This document shows positions 1 through 10,415 of a stretch of 64,000 nucleotides of DNA, piece after piece. Position 1 is the stretch's first letter. Every line of letters starts with the position of its first letter. Below the pieces are notes generated by a model, which was given only the letters and a program-made list of their open reading frames with translations, was not told the DNA's origin and did not search any database. The stretch covers positions 124,001 through 188,000 of the forward strand of contig OW569368.1 of assembly GCA_937625935.1 (NCBI GenBank). Reading direction: 5' to 3'. Source of the DNA: Tetramitus jugosus. Its lineage: Eukaryota; Protista; Heterolobosea. Both the position numbers and the translations under genes were made by a program.

Positions 1-2
1 TT

Positions 3-1387
3 TCAACCATACTTCCCTCATCCATAAAAAAAGTGGCTTGTAACAACTCTTTCACATGGTACTTGTGCGAGAATGGTCATGTATACTGTCGTGGTCACGT
101 GTCCAGAGTAATATTTGGCAAAACTACTCTGAATAATGCCATTTCTCAACAAGGTATCGAAGAGTTGAATCGAACATTCATTGTTCATGATGTAGTCTGT
201 GGAGAGAATCATACCTTTTTCGTCTGTCAAGCCAAGATATGTGGCAAAGCCATTATTTTAACGTTGGGATCACAGGAACTCTATAGCTCAGGTTTGGGGT
301 CATCGGCACCAGTGACTCGACCCATGGTTCATCCACAGTTAAATTGTGATAATTTCCCATCTGTTGTCAATGTGTTTTGTGGCCCACATACCTCTGCAGT
401 TCTGTGTGCAGACGGATCTGTGTGGTTTGCTGGATGCAGTCGAGGAGGCAATCTGGGTATGTCGTATGATGAGTCTGATATTCATGCTCGTTCTCGTCAA
501 CCACAGCAATTTCTGAAGGAGTTCAAACGATTTGAGTATATGAATTCGATACCTCATGCAATTAAGAGTATTGCTCTCGGTTACAACCACACCATATTTT
601 TGACCGTGACAGGTCAGTGTTATGGAATTGGGATGAATGACTCGTATCAGTTGGGATTGGAGAATACACCCGAGAGGAATCGGACGAGCCACATACCACA
701 CAAGATCAAGATACCATACGAATCTGTTATTGAAGATGTGAAATGTGGAAATAATCACACCATGTTTCTCGATTGTCAGAAGAGAGTATTCTTTTGCGGA
801 CATAATTTCCATGGCGAGTGTGGACTGGATCCTGAAGCAGATCTGCAATGCCAATCAGTCAAAGAATCGCCGCTTATTCAACAGTTGGTAGATATGACTT
901 CGAATCGAAAGGATGCACTGGATAGTATAGTAGATTCTGCTGACTCATGCTTGAAGGACACACCGAGTCGTATTCAGACAATTGCTGTTGGTTCGTGGCA
1001 TTCAATCTGCACCACCGATGACAATAGAATCATTGCATGTGGAAACAATTCTGAGAGTATGTACACTCAATGTTTTCATTGGGAAACAGCTAGTCCCTCA
1101 CTAACCTCTCGACAACAGATCAATTGTTTTTGGGTTTTCCTCGACTAGTGACTATTCAAAAAGCTTGTTTATTGAAATTATCGTTTGTTGAGGATAGGAT
1201 GAACATGTCCCGTGACTTGGAGATGAGGGTTGCATGTGGTCAACAACATTCTGTGCTATATTTCGTCAGAAGCAAAATGAAGTGTCAAGAATTCTGGAGG
1301 AATCTTCTGAAAGAGGTATCGAGAGGTAGTTTTTGCGACATGACAATTTGCTTTGGGTTCTTGGAAAATGAAAGTACTGCTCCATGA
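3..1387 (+). CDS. RCC1/BLIP-II repeat beta-propeller protein, 5'-partial; intron 1057-1118
   Basis: Repeated RCC1 motifs (IALGYNHTIFLT..G.CYGIGMNDSYQLG, VKCGNNHTMFL, IAVGSWHSI, VACGQQHS). Intron GTATGT...CTAAC...CAG joins ORF 33..1148 in frame to ORF 1124..1387 (GNNSENQLFLG). The frame is open to the window edge. Confidence 0.85.
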
Positions 1388-1687
1388 ATTCTGAAAAGTA
1401 TCGTCTCCGTTTGAGATTGCTCTCTCGTTGTATAGTCTTTGTTTTGACGTTTGATTCGACGCCACTCGTGGATGCTTTTCCATCCAGGTTTCTCTCAGAA
1501 TTTTGTGGCCACTTCCTTCCTGATAGCTGCCAGAAAGAGCCTAGAACTTTGATTCCCTTCGTTCAAAGTAAAGCGATCATGGACCACGACTTCCACCAAA
1601 TCTCCGTTCCACCAAAGCCTGGAAATTCAGACTCACCAAAAAGAACTTCATCAAAAACCAACCACTGAAATCGAAAAGAGAAGAACA

Positions 1688-3196
1688 ATGGTTTGTGTCG
1701 GGTACGCATCCGCCATGCGCAGATTCTTTGAATGCACCCACAGACTGGATCCCACAAAAAAGGAAGATGATAGTGATAGTGATAGTGATAGCGATAGTGA
1801 GAGTGACGAAGAAGAAGAAGAAGCTCTTGAGGTCAAAGTTGAAGAAGAAGCTCTTGACGACGATGAAAACCAAAAGAACCTCTTGTTGACATCGGCTCAA
1901 GCTGAAGAAACTTCTCTGCTGCCCATTCTCAAATGTTGCAACTGTAGTGTTTCATTTGCAAGCAAAGACACTGTGATACGCATACCAAGTGCGTTTAGAG
2001 CTCACAAGGCATATGTCTCTGCTTCGCGTCCATTGATGACAAGTCAATTGGAGGGTCATGTTCCAAACTTGGTCAATGATATGCCTCGATGGAGAGATTT
2101 TTATGGTCCTGTCAAGTACGTTCACTTGGATTGTTGGCAATATTGGTACTTTAAGCCTTACAAGTCAATGTTTGATGGTGGTGGATCATTGAGCTACACG
2201 GATAGAAATGCCGTTTATGACAAGATTTCGACTTGGCAAACATTGTACAATCAACGAATTAAGCACATCCAGAAATTTGAGGCTCAGCAGCGAAAGAAGA
2301 GGGAACAGGAATTGAAAAAACAACAAAAGGAATTGGCAAGGATCGCACGCAGTCGAAAATCTTCTAGGATAAAGAAACAAAAGGCTAGAGCACAGGATGA
2401 TGAGGAAGCTGAAAAAGAGTTGCCCAAAACGAAACGAATGAAGCTCGAGCAAGAGACAGCTCAAGATGGTGACAATGATGCCGATCCATACATGCTGGGA
2501 CTATCCTCTGATGTTTGGAGTCATATATTGGGTTATTTGAGCGTTCCTGAAATTCTAAGATCGTTAGCACTGGTTTCCAAGGGCATGTATCAATATACGA
2601 TACTTGATTCGATATGGGAGGTTCTAGGAATTGTCAATCTTAGTTCTTCATTCACACAAATCAGAATGGAACACTGTCCAGAAATGACTTACAGAGAAGC
2701 TTACCGTGTTTGCATGAGTCATATCTGTGAGAGTTGTGGTGACTATTGCTCCAACAGGGAGTACAACTACTTTTATCCTCTGGATTGTGTAATTTGTGCT
2801 GTCAAGTGTCAAAAATTGCCTCAATACAAGCTGTTGAACAAGGGAGAAGCAACAAAGATTCATAAGCGTCTGGTGGGCCATGAATCTTTGCGAAGCATTC
2901 GAAAGAATAATCCGTTTCATCCATCTACAGCCATGTTCCAGTTCGTTGCATGTGAAATCAAATTCCTGAAAGAAATTTATCTCCAGGAGGAACTCGTGAA
3001 TCACATGGCGAGAAAGCTTTGTGAAAAGGATACCCAAAGGGACAATGGGAGAGACATTCAGAGATGGATCGATGAGGAACGAAGAAAAGGAGAGGGACTG
3101 TTGTACGACTTTATTTATCAAAACGAAACAAACACCTCTGTTTATGGTGCAGTCTCTGCTTATTTCCTCCAAACTGGTTTGGATGCAAAGAAATAA
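1688..3196 (+). CDS. F-box protein with acidic N-terminus and Cys-rich C-terminal region
   Basis: 502-aa ORF with F-box-like LSSDVWSHILGYLSVPEILRSLALVSK, CxxC pairs and a (GATAGT)n DS repeat. Confidence 0.7.
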   Translation: MVCVGYASAMRRFFECTHRLDPTKKEDDSDSDSDSDSESDEEEEEALEVKVEEEALDDDENQKNLLLTSAQAEETSLLPILKCCNCSVSFASKDTVIRIPSAFRAHKAYVSASRPLMTSQLEGHVPNLVNDMPRWRDFYGPVKYVHLDCWQYWYFKPYKSMFDGGGSLSYTDRNAVYDKISTWQTLYNQRIKHIQKFEAQQRKKREQELKKQQKELARIARSRKSSRIKKQKARAQDDEEAEKELPKTKRMKLEQETAQDGDNDADPYMLGLSSDVWSHILGYLSVPEILRSLALVSKGMYQYTILDSIWEVLGIVNLSSSFTQIRMEHCPEMTYREAYRVCMSHICESCGDYCSNREYNYFYPLDCVICAVKCQKLPQYKLLNKGEATKIHKRLVGHESLRSIRKNNPFHPSTAMFQFVACEIKFLKEIYLQEELVNHMARKLCEKDTQRDNGRDIQRWIDEERRKGEGLLYDFIYQNETNTSVYGAVSAYFLQTGLDAKK

Positions 3197-3269
3197 ATTC
3201 TTGTAGTACAACGGATTTTGTTTGTGTGTTGTTGAATAAATACATCAGTTTATTGGATGTTGTGCTCTG

Positions 3270-6200
3270 TCAGGAGGATCGTTGGTCTGCGTACATCACA
3301 GAGTTCTGTGATGAGGCATCATTGGGTGAGAAGAAAGCAGGGTCATTCACTCGAGTCAAATATACTTGTTCATCACTTCCTGCAGGCTCACCATATTGGA
3401 CTTGAACGCTGGCTGAGGATTGTTGCAACACTTGTGCTCCAGTTTGTTGTTGATTCTCAAAGAATGTTGCAATCGATGGAAGAACATTGGATGATAATTC
3501 TTCACCCATTTGACCAGCTCGCTTCATTGGCCTCTCATCAGGAACCTCCGTAGAGCTAAACAGTCGCTTCTTTGATGCCATTGGCACAGACATCATTGAC
3601 TGATTACTTCCACTACCAAACATGTCCACATTGTAGGGCAGAGGAGTTTGTTGTCTGATGGATGTGCCATAAGGCGGACTCTGATGCTGCGAGGAAGAGT
3701 AGCTTCCTTGTTGCTGTTGTAGTGGAATCTGAGTGTGATATTGCTGCTCCATGAGAGGCCTAGAATTTGCTTGATAGGAAATAGGCTGTAAGTTCGTATT
3801 GGATGATGGCTCAACGTTTGGAATGGATGGTGCATAGAGACCCGATTGAGATGAATATTGCTGTGAATGTGCTCCCGATTGCATTGTCGTTGCTCCGCTT
3901 GAGACTGTGCTTGTTGAACTTGGAGGATACTGTCGTTGCATCTGCTCTGCTTGACTTAAGATTCTCATTTGATGAGCTTGATGCAAGCTACGTTGTCCGT
4001 ACATGTCACTGCCTCCACCTCCTTGGTGGTGATGGTGACTCTGTGTTGCAGATGATGGCTGCTGGTACGTGTTGTACATGGTGGACATCATGGACGCAGT
4101 GTGACTTGTGTCGCCTCCCGTGGAAGAACCAGACGTGTCAGATGATAGGCCTTGTAACTGAGAAATGTATTGAGGAGGGGGTAAATGCTGTGGAGTCGTT
4201 GCTGATTGTCTCTGTTGTTGTTGTTGTTGCGAATGATGGGAGGTGTGTTGTTGTGGATACATGGCATTCATTGAACCATATTGTTGTTGTTGTTGTTGTT
4301 GCTGGTAGTAATTGTCTTGATTGGATCCTTGTTGCATCATTGTAAACGATGGCGGTGGTTGAGCTTGAGGCGGGTTCGAAGAATACAAGTGATGCTGTGG
4401 AGTTGACATGCCTGATTGTTGCTGTTGTTGGTGATGATGGCGCGAATGGTGACCGTACAGAGGTGACTGATGTTGCACGTGGTGATACTGGTTCAAATCA
4501 GCACCTCCAGCACCTCCACTACCACCACCACCACCGGCAGCCATATTCGATGCCGTGTTGGTTGTTGTGAACATTGGATTGGGAACAAATTCACTACCAC
4601 CACGGTTGGCATCCATAAGATCAACATGAGATGTTCTTCCTGCTGAGCCACCCATCAGTGAACTAGTACTCATGACCATCGCACCACTGGAACCAGCACT
4701 GCTACCATGACTAGCATTCGTTCCTGTTGTGATTGCAGTGGTTGTTGTTGAAGTCAGTGTAAAGTCTTCTCTGGTCTCCACTTGACTCTCAGGAATCAAT
4801 GGATGGTTGTGTGACCCTATACACAGCAACAACCGAGTATGATTGTTAGGATCCTTGGGTATATAAAAGTGCAGCTTCAACTTGCAACGCTCTTCGCTCT
4901 TCTTGAGAGCTACCTTGTGATGATCACATTGTTGAAATCGATACCGACATGGCTTGACTGTACACATGGGATTCACATGCTGTTGTTGCATCACTCCACC
5001 GACTTGAGAACGATTGGAATCGTCAATATCACGAATATGTGGACAATAGTACACTCCTTGACACGTCCGTTCATAGTGCATCACAGGACAACTCAAATAA
5101 CAGCAAAATACAGTCTTTTGTGTGGATGGAACTCCAAAACTGTACGCAATCTGATCATAGAACGCCATCTTATTGTCCCAGTCCTTGACATTGAACTCGT
5201 ACAGAATTCCACTCTCTGGAAAGTGCAACGGTTCTAATCGCTTCTCCACGCGACGTGCACGAATGTTACGAGTCACCTTTATATCACCAATACGGTTCTG
5301 CTTGGTATCACTTCTTGATTTTCCAGAGTGTGCACTGGTGGCTGTGGTGGTAGGAGTCGAAGCACTGGTGGGAGTCGCTGTGCCTGTTGCTGTTGCTGTT
5401 GAAGATGATGATGATGATGCAGTGGATGGAGTCAATGGAAGGGATGACCGTGGTGATATCGTTTCTCTTGAAGTACCCACTGGACTATGATTCTTGATGA
5501 CACCTCCGCGACTATTCTGAACACTTGTTGTCTTATTGTTATAGTGATGATGATGAGGTTGATGAGGTTGATTGTATGGAGTATTATTGTTCATTGTATG
5601 TTGTGGTTGAGGTTGTGAATAGTGATGAGCATGGTGGTGTGATGATGGTTGTGATTGAACATGATGGTGGTGATGAGCATGACCATGATGATTGTAATAA
5701 TTATTAGTATTCGTATTCGTATTCGTATTGTTATTGTTGTTGTTGTTGAGGTGATAGGGAGAAGCAGATGGTGAACTATGACTATCGGTGGTGGATAATG
5801 ACCTACTAGGCACTGAAGTACCTGTCGGGGTGGTGGTAGTCGCTGACGAAACAGAATGACTCATTCGAACGTTGATTGGAGATAACATGTTTCCGATGTG
5901 ATCACCACCACCATTATCATCATTCCTTTCTTCATATGTTGATCTCTCATTGCTATTATAGTTGTTGTTGTTGTTATGATAATAGGAGTTATTGTTGTTG
6001 CGAACTGTGTTGACGGTGGTGGTGGTTGAGTGATAGGATGGTGATGATGCTGATGATGATGATGATGAAGAGCTATTGTGATAATGTTGATGATAATTAT
6101 TCTTGTTGTTATTGTGATGATGATGAGTATACTCTCCCTTGATCATATTGTTGTTGTTGTTATTGCTTATACTGTTGTTATGTGCAGCAGCTACTCCTAT

Positions 6201-6422
6201 TGTTGACAAAGGCGTCTGAGATTGGGTATAAGGAGTATTGTCGGACTTTGTTGGATTTGGTTGAGTTCCTTGATTGCTGTTGTTGCCACTTCTATTGTGA
6301 TTTGCGGCAGTTGGTTGTGAAACCTCGGCATGTTGCTGTTGCTCCAGAGCTGCTGCGGTTGAATAGTTGTTGTGATGAGGTACTTGTTGCTGCATTGCGT
6401 GGTTGTGAGGTTCCATTTTCAA
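3270..6422 (-). CDS. Low-complexity (Q/N/H/S) putative transcription factor with a central GCM/WRKY-like Zn-binding domain
   Basis: 1050-aa ORF. Its globular core has RTCQGVYYC...C...CKLKLHFYIP...LLLCIGSHNHP. Confidence 0.6.
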   Translation of the reverse strand: MKMEPHNHAMQQQVPHHNNYSTAAALEQQQHAEVSQPTAANHNRSGNNSNQGTQPNPTKSDNTPYTQSQTPLSTIGVAAAHNNSISNNNNNNMIKGEYTHHHHNNNKNNYHQHYHNSSSSSSSSASSPSYHSTTTTVNTVRNNNNSYYHNNNNNYNSNERSTYEERNDDNGGGDHIGNMLSPINVRMSHSVSSATTTTPTGTSVPSRSLSTTDSHSSPSASPYHLNNNNNNNTNTNTNTNNYYNHHGHAHHHHHVQSQPSSHHHAHHYSQPQPQHTMNNNTPYNQPHQPHHHHYNNKTTSVQNSRGGVIKNHSPVGTSRETISPRSSLPLTPSTASSSSSSTATATGTATPTSASTPTTTATSAHSGKSRSDTKQNRIGDIKVTRNIRARRVEKRLEPLHFPESGILYEFNVKDWDNKMAFYDQIAYSFGVPSTQKTVFCCYLSCPVMHYERTCQGVYYCPHIRDIDDSNRSQVGGVMQQQHVNPMCTVKPCRYRFQQCDHHKVALKKSEERCKLKLHFYIPKDPNNHTRLLLCIGSHNHPLIPESQVETREDFTLTSTTTTAITTGTNASHGSSAGSSGAMVMSTSSLMGGSAGRTSHVDLMDANRGGSEFVPNPMFTTTNTASNMAAGGGGGSGGAGGADLNQYHHVQHQSPLYGHHSRHHHQQQQQSGMSTPQHHLYSSNPPQAQPPPSFTMMQQGSNQDNYYQQQQQQQQYGSMNAMYPQQHTSHHSQQQQQQRQSATTPQHLPPPQYISQLQGLSSDTSGSSTGGDTSHTASMMSTMYNTYQQPSSATQSHHHHQGGGGSDMYGQRSLHQAHQMRILSQAEQMQRQYPPSSTSTVSSGATTMQSGAHSQQYSSQSGLYAPSIPNVEPSSNTNLQPISYQANSRPLMEQQYHTQIPLQQQQGSYSSSQHQSPPYGTSIRQQTPLPYNVDMFGSGSNQSMMSVPMASKKRLFSSTEVPDERPMKRAGQMGEELSSNVLPSIATFFENQQQTGAQVLQQSSASVQVQYGEPAGSDEQVYLTRVNDPAFFSPNDASSQNSVMYADQRSS

Positions 6423-7748
6423 GGCCTCGTGTTTTCTGAAATGAGAGAATGAGTTCGAAAAAGAACGTTTGGTTGCTTCTTTCGATGAAGTGTTGCTATG
6501 TGAGACTCGTGGGGGTAGTGAAGGAATTGGGGATTGCAGAGTATGGAGGCAGTGGACCTTGTTTTTTTTGGGGATAAAATCTTCCTACGTTTTTGGAAGC
6601 GTTAAAAATCAAAAAAAATTATGGTGGAGGAAGCAGGGTAAATTGAAAAAACTTCTCACAAAACTAATATCGTCTTTTTTTTTGATGTTAGTTGTGTGAC
6701 TTTTGTTGTTGGTTATGGGATCTGTTTGTGCACTTTTACTTCCCGCGTTGTAATTTGGTTATTGCTAGGCAGTAAGTAGTGGGAAGTTAGTTGGTTGGTT
6801 TTTGGTTATTGGGTTGTGTGTTTTTTTTGTGTTTTCGTTTCAAAAGTTATTGATAATAAGTTCTGCTTGATTCAGGGAAGTTGATACCACGATGTGACTG
6901 TTAGTTGTGCACACGAGCAAAGAATACTGAGATTGTTTCGGTTTGAAAGAAAGAGAGTATTCGAATACCGAGGCCGCAAACATGGAGAGTTAAATTTGGG
7001 GTTAGGACAAGCGCGTTTCGGGAATACTTGCTGTTTTGGTTTTGACAGGGAAGCGAAATTTGATGCGTGTGATGGGACAAGGTCAGTTCGCGCTTTGAAT
7101 CTGATTGCGCAACAACTGTTCGTAACACCAATTTTACGGTTGAACAAGTATTACTTGTATGAATAGGGATTCAACCTGACATGTTGGTTGATAGCCTTCC
7201 TATCGTTGCATCAACCTCAGGTTCAACTGGTCAATTAGACCATAAATGAAGCTCTTAAACAAAAAATCCGTGTGCGGAGAAACCGGATGGGAGAAAGCAA
7301 CAAAAATAAATCCAAGGGTGGGTGCACGAGAATAAAAGGGTGGGGTCAAGATCTTGGTGCATGGGTCACTCACTGGCAGAATCCCTTCTCATGATTCTCA
7401 GTCGTCCAAGTATGGTGCGGTTCATTTCGCGTAATGGTGAAGAATTTTTTGTGTATTGCTCATGCGGAATGAGTGGAATGAAATATCTTTGTTCGGAGCT
7501 GGAAGTAACACTCACAAGAAAACAACCAGTTTCCTTCCATTGACCACAACCTTGTCCGAAGAAAGAAGAATGAAAGTAACCACCACTATCTCGTAGTTGT
7601 TTTTCAACGCTCCAAGCAATGGATTCACCCGTCGTCAACGGGGTATTGATTATTCCGGCCTATCATCTGTCAAAACAGGCAAAAAAACTCCCAAACACAA
7701 CAACAAAAAACCACTGAAAAAAAAACTTGCACAACAACAACAACAAAA

Positions 7749-8951
7749 ATGAGTAATGTCGTTTGTATAGACAACGGTTCCAGCATCATCAAGGCTGGTT
7801 TTGGCGCCGAACATGAACCCCGACTCTTGCTCAATAATTGTGTCGGACAAACAAAGCACGCCTCCATGCTCGTCTCCGATTCGACTCACCATCCATCTTC
7901 ACAACAACAACAACAACAACAGCAGCAGCAGGATAGTCGTCGGTACTCCTCTGTCTTTATTGGTGACGAAGCACTTGCCAGAAAGAGTACTTGTCATTTG
8001 AGTCAACCCATGAACTATAGCACAGTCAACGATTGGGATCACATGGAAAAAGTGTGGATGCACATGTATCAAAAAGGGTTGCAAATCAATCCGGAGGAGC
8101 ACCCCGTACTGCTCACATATCATCAGAATCAAGTGACGAACAGCACGAGAACAATGGAACTATTTTTTGAGCAGTTTCAAGTGCCTGCACTGTACATTGG
8201 TCTCCAATCCATGTACACACTGTTGGCCAGTGGTAGAGTCAGTGGATTAGTCATTGATTGTGGTGATACAATGATGAATGCTGTTCCGTTCTTTGAAGGA
8301 CAATACTTGAGACATGCAAAGACTCAAATGGAGTTGGGTGGCAGACAAGTCACACAATACTTGGCACGATTGATCAAGGTGAGCGGAGAACGTGGTATCA
8401 ATCTGGATCCAACGGTTGTCGGAGATTTGGACTGTGTCACGAGAATGAAGCACAGACATGCGTTTGTTTCACAGGATTATGAAGCAGATAAGGTCAAGGC
8501 AAGAGAGAGCAGTTCATTGACAGTGTCTCACGAGTTGCCTGATGGAACTGTTATCGAGTTGAACGAAGAGAGATTCAAGTGTGCAGAAGTGTTGTTTGAT
8601 CCGTCAAAGATTGGTCTTGAGATTGATGGTATTCATGAGAATACTTGTCTTGCGATTCGAAGAAGTGATCTCGATTTGAGAAGAACAATGTATGAGAATA
8701 TTGTGCTTGTTGGTGGAAGTTCCTTGTTGGAGGGATTGGACACGAGATTGACTCAGGAGTTGATTCATTTGGCACCGGCAAACATGAAGATTCAAGTGGT
8801 GAAACCAGAGAAATCAGAATTGTTGCCATGGATTGGTATGAGTTTGTATGCTGCGTTCTATGGTCTCACGAGCTCTGATCATTGGATTTCGAGAGAAATG
8901 TACGATGAGTATGGAGCAGACGAGTTGGTTGAACAGAGATTGCATCTCTAA
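7749..8951 (+). CDS. Divergent actin-related protein
   Basis: VVCIDNGSSIIKAGF, DWDHMEKVW, PEEHPVLLT, ELPDGTVI, ERFKCAEVLF, NIVLVGGS. Confidence 0.92.
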   Translation: MSNVVCIDNGSSIIKAGFGAEHEPRLLLNNCVGQTKHASMLVSDSTHHPSSQQQQQQQQQQDSRRYSSVFIGDEALARKSTCHLSQPMNYSTVNDWDHMEKVWMHMYQKGLQINPEEHPVLLTYHQNQVTNSTRTMELFFEQFQVPALYIGLQSMYTLLASGRVSGLVIDCGDTMMNAVPFFEGQYLRHAKTQMELGGRQVTQYLARLIKVSGERGINLDPTVVGDLDCVTRMKHRHAFVSQDYEADKVKARESSSLTVSHELPDGTVIELNEERFKCAEVLFDPSKIGLEIDGIHENTCLAIRRSDLDLRRTMYENIVLVGGSSLLEGLDTRLTQELIHLAPANMKIQVVKPEKSELLPWIGMSLYAAFYGLTSSDHWISREMYDEYGADELVEQRLHL

Positions 8952-9235
8952 ATTCTTCTCATCTGACAGTCAATTCAATTTCAGTGTGTGATTTGTTGTT
9001 TGAAGAAACAAAGGAAATGTCACACTAAGATACAATACGAAATATAATATTTACGTACGAATAAAAATCAGAACCAATGTACATTTATTTTTTTTCACGT
9101 GACCATTTGACTGTAAATGTTTTTGGTTTGTCTAACGGTGCGGATCAATTTTTCATGTTTTCCAATGGTCTTTTGAATTTTTAGCTCTGAGAGATCAACC
9201 ACACAAAAGATCAACAAACCACAACAACGTGTGTC

Positions 9236-10360
9236 ATGCTGCGAGCTCTTGTTCATCCCTCTTTCAAACCAAGTCATTTGCATCGAGTTGCAAATCATCC
9301 ACAGAAGCAACAGCTTTTTGTTGCCAATCTTTTGGTGGTTGAAAGACAACAAGCTTCATTACCAGTGAAGCAATGGTCTTGTTCTGTGGCTGTTCATCGA
9401 ACCTTCTCACATGGCAAACGCACTGTTTCTCAAGACTCTAAAAGCTTTGATGCTTTGGTTCGTCGGGGTATTTTCTCAGTTGACCACAAGTTAAGGACTT
9501 TTTCTTACAATTTCAAGAATGGACAAAAAAGAGAGTACAGCGATGATCAGTACAAGAAAGAATGGGAGAAGAATTGGAAGGGAAGACCTGGTGGTAAGCT
9601 CGTGAGGCTGAGAACACCAAATGCTGCCGAGATTTTAGTAGTTCTCAATGTACTCATCTACTTCTTGATGGGTGACTCGGATGCGATGAGACAGAGTTTT
9701 TCGACATCAATCAGGGCAATCTCAGAGGGCAAATTATTTACTCTGTTGTCTTCCATGTACGTACACATTTGACAATCCTTTGTTCTTATTCTCTGTTTTT
9801 GTGTGAAGGATTGGTCCTTGAGCATCAAGCATCATCAATGTGCACGGCTCGTTTATTTGTTATTTGATAACTGACATGTGTGTTGGCTCCAACTCAGGTT
9901 CACTCATGGAAGCTTGATGCATTTGGCTGTGAACAGTATTGCACTGTTCAGTTTCCGTTCGTTGGTGCCCGTGATTGGAAACCGCAGGTTCTTGACGATA
10001 TACTTTGTGTCTGGCCTGATAGGATCTCTCTTTTTCTTGATGCAATATGGTGTACAATATGTCAACTCCACTGACTGGATAGGAAAAGCTATGAATTATA
10101 ATCAAGCTTGTTGTGGTTCATCTGCTGCCATATGTGGTCTATTCAGCTTTTTGGCTCACCTTGCTCCTCAAGCAAAGGTAGGAGTGATGTTTGTTCTGCC
10201 CTTGCCTGCGATCAGGGCACTGCAATTAATGACAGTGTTTGAGCTTATTCGTTTGATATATGATATTGCGCCACAAGTGTCAGCATCAGGACACTTGGGA
10301 GGTATTATCGCTGGTCGACTGCTATTCCAAGTAATGAGGAAGAAATTTGTGCACATGTAA
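9236..10360 (+). CDS. Rhomboid-family intramembrane protease (PARL-like); intron 9757-9897
   Basis: Splicing GTACGT...CTGAC...CAG restores LLSSMFTHGSLMHLAVN. Also GSSAA (Ser), GHLGG (His) and a basic transit-peptide-like N-terminus. Confidence 0.85.
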
Positions 10361-10415
10361 AATGAATCAAAGTGCAAAGCCGAAGAATTCTGGGTTATGT
10401 ATCTCCAAAGTTAAT

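Noticed and set aside
7160-7290. Inverted repeats in the long divergent intergenic region as a possible ncRNA
   Set aside because: I could not recognise tRNA, snRNA or snoRNA motifs; an Rfam search would be needed.
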